Part shown: positions 10,630 through 20,550 of the stretch, piece by piece
Layout: each line of letters starts with the position of its first letter
Numbering within the stretch: position 1 is the first letter of the stretch
NCBI GenBank assembly: GCA_963723985.1
Contig: CAVRTC010000005.1
Coordinates: forward strand, 567-64,566
Origin: an uncultured Actinomycetes bacterium
GTDB taxonomy: Bacteria; Actinomycetota; Acidimicrobiia; IMCC26256; BP-133
Direction of reading: 5' to 3'
Length of the DNA: 64,000 nt
The notes under the pieces: generated by a model
Database searches by the model: none
What the model saw: only the letters and a program-made list of their open reading frames with translations
What the model was told of the DNA's origin: nothing
Translations under genes and position numbers: made by a program

Positions 10630-11700
10630 ATGCGGTTAACATTCGGTTTTGGCCTACGCATGCAATTTGCGGTCGCATTGGTACTGTTTTTGGGGCGGGC
10701 AGATATCAGTCTGGGGAGCATCCTCCACAAATACACTTCCTCTGGTAGTCCATAGCAACACGGTTGCGCAGGGCGGAAACCTGCTGCTGTTTGCTCCGCA
10801 TCTGACCGAGTTCTCCGGTGTGGCAACCTCGAGCTGGGCGGATTGCGCCTGGAAAGCGCCGGCACCCTTGGGCTGGGGGGGACGCTGGTCGCAACGAATA
10901 CCGCCGGACAACGTCTTGCCGTGGGACCGTTGCATACCACCAGGATTTCATTCGGAGACCGGTGAGTTTCAGCCCTGCCGTCAACTCGTCCGGGATTCAA
11001 ACGCAGGCCCAGGTGCGCGCCTGGCTGAACATGGGGCAGCTTGTAACCAATACCATCCGGAACGAAAACATCTGCCTGCGCAGCGACCAGATTCGGGCCC
11101 ATTGCGGCTGCCGTGACCTACAATCCCGCCACCACAAACGTATTGCTTGTTCCGGACCGGCCATTCCGGCCGGGTGAACGGCTGCATGTCGATTTTACCG
11201 CGCATGTACGCGACATTTTTGGTTTGCCGGCCAAACCGCATCCTGGGAGTTCCGGGCGGCGGTGGGCCCGGGCGGCGGCAACTTCTCGGCAAAGGATCTT
11301 CAATTTGCCGGGAACGAGCAAGGCGTGGCCGCTGGCGACCTGGACCGGGACGGCAACCTGGATGTCGTGATCGCCAGTGACGATACCGTGCAAATTCTAA
11401 GAAATTCAAATGGGGGACAGTTCGGCACGGAAAACACACTCCCAGGCCTCGACAGCGTTGCCGGCGTCGCGCTGGGGGACTTCAACGGGGACGGATGGCT
11501 GGACATCCTGATTTCGCGCGGCAATGGAGATCCCCATCTCCTGTTCCGAAATACGAACGGGCAGTTTTCATTGTTAGACAACAGCACCATCCCGAGCAGC
11601 GTGGGTGCGGGCAGTTACGGAATTGCGGTGGGTGATCTCAACGGCGACGGCTATCCGCTTCCTGCGTTCCCCCAGCATGAACGTGTTGTTCGCCGACCGG
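10630..11700 (+). pseudogene. Secreted FG-GAP/VCBS-repeat protein, frameshifted and apparently cut off at the compositional junction
   Basis: N-terminus MRLTFGFGLRMQFAVALVLFLG. Ig-like segment TYNPATTNVLLVPDRPFRPGERLHVDF. FG-GAP repeats GDLDRDGNLDVV, GDFNGDGWLDIL and GDLNGDG (ORF 11262..11723). No normal C-terminus before the GC jump. Confidence 0.6.
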
Positions 11701-11847
11701 CCGGTCGTTCCTGCCTGTCGTGACGAAACGGACGTTCGGCGGGGGCCGGACGGGGCGCAAACTTCTCATCAAGGATCGGGCTCGACGAACCGATACCCAA
11801 ATCAAGAGAGCGGACAAGGCGTTCTCCCTGTGGCCCTGGAGGCCCTG

Positions 11848-12033
11848 ATGGCTGAGAACGAGCTGCTCACCCCCGCCGAAGTGGCGGTCATGTTCCGCGT
11901 GAACCCCAAGACCGTCACCCGCTGGGCCCGCGCCGGCAAGATCTCGGCGGTCCGCACCCTCGGCGGCCACCGCCGGTTCCGGGCGACGGAGATCCGCCGC
12001 TTCCTCTCGGAGGCCCAGGACCTGCAGGCCTGA
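11848..12033 (+). CDS. bldC: BldC-like MerR/excisionase-type small DNA-binding developmental regulator
   Basis: MAENELLTPAEVAVMFRVNPKTVTRWARAGKISAVRTLGGHRRFRATEIRRFL closely matches my recollection of Streptomyces BldC (LLTPAEVATMFRVDPKTVTRWAKAGKL..IRTLGGHRRY). Confidence 0.85.
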   Translation: MAENELLTPAEVAVMFRVNPKTVTRWARAGKISAVRTLGGHRRFRATEIRRFLSEAQDLQA

Positions 12034-12049
12034 TCGGGTACGCCGCTGG

Positions 12050-12713
12050 TTAGCGGCAGGCGAGGGCGTCGACGAACCCGGTCACCGGGTCGATTCCCGG
12101 GCCGATCCCGGTGGCGACGTCGGCCAGTTCGGCGGCGGCGCGGGCTCGTTCGGTCTCGTCCAGGGCGAGCAGGTCGAGGAGCCGCTCGGGTTCCCAGCTT
12201 GACAGGGCGCAGCACTGGAACAGCGCTCCCTCGCGGGTGCGACGCTGGCTGAAGCCCACCGCCTTGCGACCGGCGATCGTCACCTCCCCCGGGCCCAGAC
12301 CGGCGAAGCAGACCCAGTCCGACCACGGCGTCCGCTGCATGGCGCCGTCATGCCAGCCGGCCGCCAGTCCTCCGGCGGCCAGCACCTCCACCCAGGCGGC
12401 GCCCAGCCAGTGGAAGGCCCGACCCACGTCGTGGTCCCACAGGGGATCGCCGGCCGGGATCACGACGTCCACCCACACCGCCGTCCCCGGCTCCACCAGC
12501 ACCGCCGATCCCCCACTCCGGCGGTGCACCACCTCGACGCCCCGCTGGCTCACCCGCTCCCAGGCCACGGCGTCGTCGCGTCTGTGACGAGCCGAGCACC
12601 AGCGTGGGACGGGCCACGTCGAACACGACGACGCTCCGCTGTCCGACCGGGCGGGCCCTCGCCCGCTCGCCGATCCCCTCCCGCACCACCTCCAGGTGCC
12701 AGCCCGCCGCCAT
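12050..12713 (-). pseudogene. Lipoate/biotin protein ligase (BPL/LplA/LipB catalytic domain) family protein, one frameshift
   Basis: ORF 12050..12568 (..GRKAVGFSQRRTREGALFQCCAL..) looks like a BPL_LplA_LipB domain. The N-terminal 45 aa (MAAGWHLEVVREGIGERARARPVGQRSVVVFDVARPTLVLGSSQ) are in the frame of ORF 12348..12713. The shift is near 12575-12590. Confidence 0.5.
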
Positions 12714-12719
12714 CAGGGA

Positions 12720-14235
12720 TCAGCCGGCGGCGGGGGGCCGGATCAGCTCGGTGCGGAGGACCCGGCGGAGCAGCTTGCCGGTCTCGTTGTAGGGCAGCTC
12801 CGTGCGGAACGCGACCACCGTCGGGGTGCGGGACGACCGCAGCCGGGCCCGGACCCAGTCCTGGAGCTCCTCGACCGTGGCCTCGGCGCCGGGCCCGAGG
12901 ACGACGGCGGCGGCGACGGTCTCGCCCCACTCGTCGTCGGGGAGGCCGACCACGCCGGCCTCGGCCACCGCCGGGTGGGTGAGCAGGACGTCCTCGATCT
13001 CGCCGGGCGACAGGTTCTCGCCGCCCCGCACGATCACGTCGTCGAGGCGGCCCTCGACGAACAGGAAGCCGTCGTCGTCGAGCCAGCCGCCGTCGTTGGT
13101 GGGGAACCAGCCGTCGGCGGTGAGAGCCCTGCCGGCCCAGGTACTCGCCGGAGACCTGCTCGCCGCGGACGTAGATCTCGCCCCGCTCTCCCGGCGGGAC
13201 GCCGTTCCCGTCGGGGTCGCGGATCTCCAGCTCCAGCGTCGGGAGCGGCCGGCCGACCGAGCCCGAGCCGGGCCCGCACCGCCGGGTCGTCGCTCTCGAA
13301 GGCGGCGCGGTGGTCCTCCGGGCCGAGCATGGCGATCGTCGAGCTGCCGTCTCGGTGAGGCCGTAGGCGTTGACGAAGCTCGACCGCCGGCAGCAGCCGC
13401 ATCGCCCGCTCGACGACCGGCGGCGGCATCCGGCCGCCGCCGTAGGCGAGGTGGCGCAGCGCTCGGCAGCGTGTCCCCCCGGGCCTCGACCACGTCGAGG
13501 ATCCGGCCCAGCATCGTCGGCACGACCATGGCGTGGGTGATGCCCTCGTCGCGGGCGACGTCGACCCAGCGCCGCGGGTCGAACTGCGGCAGGTAGCACG
13601 AGCCGGCGCCCGGCGTAGAGCGGCGGTGAGGACGGTGGCCATCGCCGGCGACGTGGTAGGGCGGGACGCTGACCAGCGCGGCGTCGTCGTCGGCGGCGCC
13701 CATGAACTCCACGGTGGACAGCACGTAGGAGGCCAGGTGCGGTGGCGCAGCACCGCCGCCTTCGGGCTCGCCGGTCGTGCCGCTGGTGAAGAGCAGCACG
13801 GCGATCTCGTCGGGATCGACCGAGGCCGGTCGGCGCCGGATCGGCCGCCTCCATCCGGGCCTCGAAGTTCGGCAGGCGACAGCACCGTCAGCCCGTCCAG
13901 CGCCGGCAATCCGGCCGACGGCGTCCTCGTCGACGACGGCCACCGCCGGCGCGGTCCGGGCCAGGATCGCCTGGAGCCGCTCGTCAGCCAGCCGGTAGTT
14001 CACCGGCACGAACGGCACGCCGGCCAGGCCACTGCCGAACAGCAGCGCCGGCAGCCGGGCCGAGTTCTGGCGCCACGAACACGACCCGCTCGGCGCCGGA
14101 GTCGGCCACCACGGCCGCCACCCGGCGGGCCTGGTCGAGCAGGCCGGCGTAGGTCAGCCCGTCCTTGGAGGGGCCGACCGCGACGCGGTCGCCCATCCCG
14201 TCGGCCGCCATCTCCAGCAGCATGCCGGTGTTCAC
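12720..14235 (-). pseudogene. Acyl-CoA synthetase / AMP-dependent ligase, many frameshifts
   Basis: N-terminus VNTGMLLEMAADGMGDRVAV (frame of 13984..14631). LLFTSGTTGEP AMP-binding motif. C-terminus WFPTNDGGWLDDDGFLFVEGRLDDVIVRGGENLSPGEIEDVLLTHPAVAEAGVVGLPDDEWGE (12720..14018). The central part is readable only by hopping among all three minus frames. Confidence 0.7.
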
Positions 14236-14362
14236 GGCTCCGAAGGCTACGGCAGCGCTGCGGCCGGACGGAGATGCGGCCGGACGTGGACGCTCCCGGC
14301 CCCGCAGACGCCAGAGCGGGGCCGGGAGCGTCGTGCCCCGGTGGCGGCTTGAGGCGTGGGCT

Positions 14363-17300
14363 CTACAGAGCGGCCACCGAGACGACCGGGCGGGCCGGCG
14401 GGTTGGCGCCGAGGGAGCCGGCGAACGGCCTGGCTGGAGAAGTTGAAGATGCCGCCGTCCTCGCCGACCATCAGGTAGCCGTCGCCGAAGCGGACCATGC
14501 CGGTCACCGGCTTGTTGAGCGGTTGCGCCGCCCATCGAGCCCCGGAACGGGGCGTCGAAGGCGAAGATGCCGCCGTCGGAGGCGACCAGCCAGTAGCCGA
14601 GCCCGTCGCCGTCGGGCACCAGCGACTGCACCGGGGCGTTGAGCGTTCGTGCCGCCCATGGACCCGTGGAAGCGGGCGTCGCCGAAGGCGAAGATGCCGC
14701 CGTCGCTGGCCACCATGTAGTAGCCCCGGCCCGACGGCGTCGGGATGGAGTCGAGGACGGGCCCGTTGAGCGTCACGCTCGGCCATGTCGCCGTAGGACG
14801 CGGCGTCGCCGAAGGGGACGACCCGGCCCCGGGTGGTGAAGATCCAGTAGCCCCGGCCGGTGGGTGTGGCCGACAGGCTGGTGACGGTCTCGCCGGCCGC
14901 CAGCCCGCCGCTCACGCTGCCCGAGGCGGCGGCACGTCGCCGAAGGCCGACACGATGCCCCGCCCGTCCACGACCCAGTAGCCGGCACCGGACGGCGTGG
15001 GCTCGAGGTCGACGGCGGCGACCCCGGCCGGGACGGCGGCATGGCCGAGCCAGCGGGCGTCGCCGAAGGCGTAGACCGTGCCGCCGGCTCCGACCATCCA
15101 GTATCCGGACCGGACCGACGCCGAGTTGGCGCCGCCCCCAGGCCCGGGCGGAGCGGGCGGCGGCGGCGTGCCGCCGGCGGGATGTCGTGGGTGGCCGACT
15201 CGGGTCGTCGTCGTGGTGGTCGGCGTCGAACCGTGGGGCGGGTCGTCGGAGGCGAAGCGGGCGAAGCCCTGGGCCACCGCGCCGCTGACCTTGTGGAACT
15301 CCCCGGCCACGAGGATGGAGCCGGCGGTCACCTGGAGGTCGAGGACGCCGTGGACGCCGCTGATCGTCGGCGCCCAGGGCTGGATGGCCCCGGTGTGCTG
15401 GTCGAAGGCGGCCAGGTGGCCCCGCATCTGCCCGGCGACCGTGGTGAAGTGGCCGCCGGTGTAGACGTAGGAGGCGCTGGTGTCGACGGCCTGGAAGTCG
15501 CCGTCGCCGGGCCGGTCCCAGACGAGGGCTCCGGTGACGGTGCTCCAGGCTTGCAGCCGGTTGCCGATGACCTGGCCGCCCCGGGTGGCGACGAAGGCCA
15601 GCGCCCCGTCGCCCGACAGGGCCATCGACGTGAGCGGCACCGGCACCTTCGGGTGCCAGCCGGTGGCCAGCCCGGTGGTGGCGTCGATGGCCGCCATGTA
15701 CGACCGGGAGGCGTTGCCGACCGCCGTGAACGTCGCCGGCGACGTAGACGAGGCGGCCGTCGGCCGACAGCCGGATGCGGTGGACGCCGGCGTTGACGTT
15801 GGGGTTCCACCAGGGTCGACCGACCCGTTGGCGGTGGACAGTCGGCCGAGGCTGCTGCGGGCGACGCCCCCCAGCGTGCTGAACGCCCCACCGACGTAGA
15901 GCCGGTTGCCGGCCAGGACGAGGCTCTGGACCTCGGCGCTGGCCGTCGCCTCCCAGCCGGTGGCGACGGCGCCGGTGGCGGCTTCGAGGAGGGCGAGGCG
16001 ACGGCGGGTCACGCCGTTGACGGTGCTGAACACGCCGCCGGCGTAGAGGCCGACCCCGTCGGAGGTCACGGCCATGACCGCGCCGTTGGTGTCGGCCACG
16101 AACCCGGTGTCGAGGGCGCCGCTGGCGGCGTCGAGAGCGGCGAGATTGTTCCGGCGCAACCCGTTCACGCTGGTGAACTGGCCACCGGCGTACACCGACC
16201 CGCCGGAGGCGGCCAGGGTCATGGTGGCGGCCGCCGGGCGGGGATCGAAGCCGGTGTCGACGGCGCCGGTGGTGGCGTCGATCGCCACCAGTAGGCGGCG
16301 GGGAGCGCCGACCAGGGCCGGGTCGTCGTTGTCCTCCCCGCCGCCGGCGTAGAGCCGGGTGCCGTCGGCTGAAAGCGCCACAGTCCGTACCTCAACGTCG
16401 GCGCCGGGATCCCACGACGCGTCGACCGCGCCGGCGCCGGCTGTCGACAGCGCCGCCAACCGCCGGCGGGCGGCACCGCCGACGGAGGCGAAGTCGCCCC
16501 CGATGTACAGGCGGGCACCGTCGGCCGATAGCGCCAGCGCCCCGACGCGGCCGTCGGCACCGGCCCCCCAGGCGGGGTCGGCCGTACCGGCGGCGGTGAG
16601 AGCGGCCAGCTTGGGCTGGGGCCGGCCGGCGACGCGGCTGAAGTCGCCCCCGACGAAGACCCGGCCGCCGGGCGCGGCGGCGAGGGCCCGGACGGCCCCG
16701 TCGGCCCCGGGGTTGAAGGCGGCGTCGACCGCGCCGCTGGCCGGGTGGACGGCAGCCAGCCGGGAGCGGTTGTACCCGCCCAGGATGGTGAAGTCTCCGC
16801 CGACCAGGAGGCGGGATCCGTCGGCCGACAGGGTCAGGGCGAAGATGGAACCGAACCCCGAACCGGCGATGCCCCACACCGCTTCGCCGCTGTAGAGGTT
16901 GGTGGCGGCGAGGCCCCGGGTGGAGACGGGGACGGGCGCGTTGTTGACGACGGTGAAGTCGCCGCCGATCCAGGCGAGGTTGGCGCCCGACCCGCTGCCC
17001 AGCACGATGGCCCGCACGGCCCGATCGACGTTGGGGTTCCAGGCGCCGACGGTGCCGTCGGCCAGGATCCGGGCGGCGTTGTGCCGGGACCGGTCGCCGA
17101 CCCGGGTGAAGTCGCCGCCGATGTACCACCCGCCGGTGCCATCGGGCACCGCGACGTAGACCGGGCCGTTGACCCGGGGGAAGGCCGCCGAGCGAGCTCC
17201 GGTGGCGGGATCCAGCGGCACACCCGATCCCGTGGCGGGGCCGACCTGGTCGAAGCTGCCACCGAGGTAGATGCGGCTTCCGGTTGAAAAGACACTGTTC

Positions 17301-17491
17301 ACGTCGCCGTTGGCCACCCAGGTCTCGTCGGGGAGGTCGCTGACCGCCGCCTCCGCAACTGGGCCGGCCGCGGCGAGGCCGGCGGCGAGCACGGCGCCGG
17401 CCACGGCGGCACCCGTCCGCCGCAACCGGAAGCCACGGCGCCGGCGGGCGCGGGAGGTGAAGGCCGCGGCGCGGCCAATGAGCTGGTCCAC
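14363..17491 (-). pseudogene. Large secreted beta-propeller repeat protein with C-terminal GYW...DGGIFAFGDA repeats; several frameshifts
   Basis: GTG start after AGGAG, then signal peptide RTGAAVAGAVLAAGLAAAGPVAEAA. More than 12 repeats of the type GGDFT.V.G..R..LAAL (ORF 14912..17803). A compensating indel pair lies near 15735/15826. The tail has six blades (GYWMVGAGGTVYAFGDA, GRGYYMVASDGGIFAFGDARFHGSMGG, GLGYWLVASDGGIFAFDAPFRGSMGG..) spread over three frames from 14363 to 15140. Confidence 0.6.
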
Positions 17492-17514
17492 GGAATACTC
17501 CTGGGGGATTGAAC

Positions 17515-17545
17515 GGCCCGCCTCCCCGGGGGTCGGAGGCGGGCC
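17515..17545 (-). terminator. GC-rich 11-bp hairpin between the Thr/Pro-rich gene and the propeller gene
   Basis: ggcccgcctcc (17515-17525), 9-nt loop, ggaggcgggcc (17535-17545). No U-tract, so it may be an intra-operon attenuator or stabiliser rather than a classic terminator. Confidence 0.3.
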
Positions 17546-17559
17546 CGGTCGTCGGCGGG

Positions 17560-18405
17560 TCAGGCCGGCCAGTAGCGGCCGGGGCGGCGATCCCACCAGC
17601 GAAGGGCGACGCCGGCGGCCAGGGCCAACAGGATGAGCAGGCTCAGGCCGAGCAGCACCGCCGAGGACGGGGATGAAGTCTGGTCCCGGCCGGGGAGGGC
17701 CGCCTCGAGTTCGCCGGAGGGCGAGTCGCTGACGTAGCCGGCCGGGGCTAGGTGAAGGCCACCGACACCGAGGAGCCCGTCGAGGCTGGCGGCGTCGACC
17801 CAACTGGGGTCGGGGGAAGGAGCGGGGGTCTCGTCGGATGGGTTGCCGGGTCGGGTCGGTGACGGACGGGTGGTGCGACCCGACCCGCCGGAGGGGGAGG
17901 CGGCGGCGCCGGTTGAGGGAGAACCGGCGCCGCCGCTGCCAGCGGGATCAGGGGTCACCACCGCCCCGGACGGGGAGGGAGCCGGGGCGGCGTTGGTGGT
18001 CGGGCCCGGGCCCGTCGTCGTGGGGGACGACGACGGCCGGTTGGTGTTGTTCGATCGACCCGAACCACCCGAGCCGCGGGAGGTCGTGCTCGTGGTGGAG
18101 GTGTCCGGGCCGCTGGTGTCGGTTGTGGGGTTGGAGGTAGGGGTCGCCGGGTCGTCGGTATCGTCGTTCGGCGCCGTTGTGGTGGAGGTGGTCGAGGAGG
18201 GATCGACCGTGGTGGTGTCAGTGGTGGTCGGATCCGACGCCGGCTCGGTCGTGGGGGACGGCTCGAGCGTGGTCGACGTCGTGGCGGTGCCGTCGCCCGG
18301 GTCGGGGTCACCGAGGTCGGCGAAGGCCGGCGCGGCGGGAAGGCAGACCACCGTCAAGAAGATGGTGGTGAGGGCCAGGGCCCGCCGCAGGTGGCTTCGC
18401 AACAC
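17560..18405 (-). CDS. Secreted Thr/Ser/Pro-rich low-complexity surface protein with C-terminal membrane anchor
   Basis: Signal peptide MLRSHLRRALALTTIFLTVVCLPAAPAFA. About 200 aa of T/S/P/G/D-rich sequence. C-terminal TM segment plus basic tail AVLLGLSLLILLALAAGVALRWWDRR. Uninterrupted ORF. Confidence 0.6.
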   Translation of the reverse strand: MLRSHLRRALALTTIFLTVVCLPAAPAFADLGDPDPGDGTATTSTTLEPSPTTEPASDPTTTDTTTVDPSSTTSTTTAPNDDTDDPATPTSNPTTDTSGPDTSTTSTTSRGSGGSGRSNNTNRPSSSPTTTGPGPTTNAAPAPSPSGAVVTPDPAGSGGAGSPSTGAAASPSGGSGRTTRPSPTRPGNPSDETPAPSPDPSWVDAASLDGLLGVGGLHLAPAGYVSDSPSGELEAALPGRDQTSSPSSAVLLGLSLLILLALAAGVALRWWDRRPGRYWPA

Positions 18406-18549
18406 TCAGGTCTCCCGTAGGGTCGAACGGCAACGCTGTAGACCACATCGGGCTTAGGGGCCGTTCGTCACCGTTCGGAATGTTCCAAAACGATGACAGC
18501 TAAAATCGGGCCGTGATCAGAGTCCAGCCGCTGCAGGAGCCTCCGAGTC

Positions 18550-19782
18550 GTGGGCCCCATACGGGGCCGGCTGTCGCGGCTGCTGTACGGGCTGATCGGG
18601 CCCGACCGGGAGAGTGCCCGGCAGGGGTCCTACGCCCTGCTGGTCTCGTCGGGCGGTGATCTCCTCGCCGGTGTGACGCTCGGCAGCATCCTCTCCACGC
18701 TGGAGGAGCTTCCCGGCCTGCTGGTGCTCATCCCGGCCGCCATCGCCTTGCGGGGCAACATCTTCGGAGCGCTCGGCAGCCGGCTCGGCACGGCCATCCT
18801 CACCGGGACCTTCATCCTGTCGCGACGCCGTTCCACCCTCGTCGGCCAGAACCTGCTGTCGTCCCTGGCGCTGACGTTTGTGATGTCGCTGGCCCTGGCG
18901 GCGCTGGCCAAGACGATCGCCGTGGCCTTTCACCTCGATTCCATGTCGATGCTCGACTTCGCCATCGTCTCCATGGTCGGAGGAGTGATCTCGTCGGCCG
19001 CGGTGATGGCCATCACCGTCGGGGTGGCCGCCGGCTCGGTCCGCTACGGGTGGGACATGGACAGCGTGGCGGCCCCGGTGATCACCGCCGCCGGCGACAT
19101 GGTGACCGTACCCTCGCTGTTCCTGGCCACCTACTGCGTGGACATCCCGGTCCTGTCCCCGGCGCTCGGCGCCCTCGCCGTCGGGCTCGCCGTCGTCAGC
19201 CTCGTCGCCGTCGTGCGGTCGGGCCTGCCGCTCCTCAAGCGGATCGTGGCGGAATCGCTGCCCATCCTGCTCCTCGCCGGGATGATCGACATCGTGGCCG
19301 GCATCACGTTCGAGAAGCGCCTGGAGGCGTTCGCCACCCTCCCGGCCCTCCTGGTGCTGGTGCCGCCCTTCCTGACGAAAACCGGCGCCCTGGGCGGGAT
19401 CCTGGCGGCCCGCCTGTCGTCGAAACTGCACCTCGGCATCATCGAACCGACCGTGCGTCCGTCTCGGGCGGCCCGCGCCGACTTCCGCCTGATCGCCGTC
19501 TACGCCGTGCCGGTCTTCACGCTCTTGGCCGTCTCAACGGACCTGGTGAGCCTCCTGCTCGGCCTGGAGAGCCCCGGGACGGCTCGCATGGTCGGGATTT
19601 CGCTCATCGGCGGGTTGCTGGCCACCACGGCCTGCCTGGCCATCACCTACTACGGCGCCATCGCCGCCTACCGCCTCGGCCTCGACCCCGACAACCACGG
19701 GATCCCGCTCGTCACCTCGTCAATGGACCTGATCGGCGCCATCGCGCTGATCTTCGCCCTCCTGCTCATGGGTGTCGGGTAG
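18550..19782 (+). CDS. MgtE-type divalent-cation transporter, tandem MgtE membrane domains without the N-terminal CBS module (SLC41-like)
   Basis: Two homologous halves (..LLAGVTLGSILSTLEELPGLLVLIPAAIALRGNIFGALGSRL.. and ..IVAGITFEKRLEAFATLPALLVLVPPFLTKTGALGGILAARLSSKL..). Intact 410-aa ORF. Confidence 0.7.
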   Translation: MGPIRGRLSRLLYGLIGPDRESARQGSYALLVSSGGDLLAGVTLGSILSTLEELPGLLVLIPAAIALRGNIFGALGSRLGTAILTGTFILSRRRSTLVGQNLLSSLALTFVMSLALAALAKTIAVAFHLDSMSMLDFAIVSMVGGVISSAAVMAITVGVAAGSVRYGWDMDSVAAPVITAAGDMVTVPSLFLATYCVDIPVLSPALGALAVGLAVVSLVAVVRSGLPLLKRIVAESLPILLLAGMIDIVAGITFEKRLEAFATLPALLVLVPPFLTKTGALGGILAARLSSKLHLGIIEPTVRPSRAARADFRLIAVYAVPVFTLLAVSTDLVSLLLGLESPGTARMVGISLIGGLLATTACLAITYYGAIAAYRLGLDPDNHGIPLVTSSMDLIGAIALIFALLLMGVG

Positions 19783-19818
19783 GCGGCGCCGGACCGGGCG
19801 CGCACCCGCGACGGCAAA

Positions 19819-20550
19819 TCAGCACCAGCCGGCGGCCAGGACCGGGGCTTCGGAGCGGGGACGGTCCAGCCTGCGACGGATGTGCAGCAGCCCGATGCCG
19901 TCGGCGGGGCCCTGAAGCGCAACCCTCAGCGACGCCGGCCTCGTAATGACGGCCAGCTCGCCGCCGGCCCGCAGGAACCGGGCCGCGGCGCGCAGCTCGG
20001 GAGCGAGACCGGGATCATGCGCCAACCGGCTGTCGGCCTCGATCACGTCGATCTCGCCGGACGGGCTGTCAGCGGTAGCCAGCGGCTCGTCGTCACCGAC
20101 GACGAAGACCAGCGCCGAGGCGCCGAGATCTCCGGCCAGCCGCTGGGCGTCGGCGGCCGTGTCGAGGGCCACCGCCCCGGCCTTGTAGTCGTCCCCGAAG
20201 GGCACGACCGGGTGGCCAACGGCAGTCACGACCGGAAACCCTGACCCGGCGAGAGCGGCGATGGCCTCGGCTTCCAGGACGGCCAGGGGCTCGGGGGAGA
20301 GCGACCCGGCCGGGTCGGCGAAGGCGGGATCGGCCGGGTCCACCAGCGTGTGCGTGACGATCGGGACGGCCCTCCGGCCGGCCCGGGACTGGCCGAGGCC
20401 GAGCGTGATCGTTCGGGCGGCGGGCCCGGTCGTGGACACCACCACGCTCCAGCCGTCGGCCATGAACGCCCGCACCGAACCGGCCAGCGTCGGCACGTCG
20501 ACCGGCCGACGCTCGCTGTATCCCATGGCCACCACTGCGATCCCGGCCAT
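19819..20550 (-). CDS. Carbamate-kinase-like amino-acid-kinase family protein with degenerate active-site motifs
   Basis: VTHTLVDPADPAFADP, GFPVVTAVGHPVV, AVALDTAADAQRLAGDLGASALVFVVGDD and APELRAAARFLRAGGELAVIT parallel carbamate kinase blocks. The N-terminal ALGGNA and GNGPQVG motifs read AMGYSE and STTGPAAR. Confidence 0.5.
   Translation of the reverse strand: MAGIAVVAMGYSERRPVDVPTLAGSVRAFMADGWSVVVSTTGPAARTITLGLGQSRAGRRAVPIVTHTLVDPADPAFADPAGSLSPEPLAVLEAEAIAALAGSGFPVVTAVGHPVVPFGDDYKAGAVALDTAADAQRLAGDLGASALVFVVGDDEPLATADSPSGEIDVIEADSRLAHDPGLAPELRAAARFLRAGGELAVITRPASLRVALQGPADGIGLLHIRRRLDRPRSEAPVLAAGWC

Noticed and set aside
11660-11850. Integrative element boundary (integrase, att site or tRNA) at the GC jump
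   Set aside because: There is no integrase or recombinase gene, no tRNA and no direct repeat on either side. The left-hand gene simply breaks off, which fits a chimeric join better than site-specific integration.
17640-17720. LPXTG sortase signal at the C-terminus of the Thr/Pro-rich protein
   Set aside because: The only candidate reads LPGRD, not LPXTG. The hydrophobic segment plus basic tail is adequately explained as a plain TM anchor.
18406-18549. Mg2+ (M-box) riboswitch upstream of the MgtE-type transporter
   Set aside because: The 144-bp leader shows none of the conserved M-box helices or sequence blocks that I can recall. No terminator/antiterminator pair is apparent.
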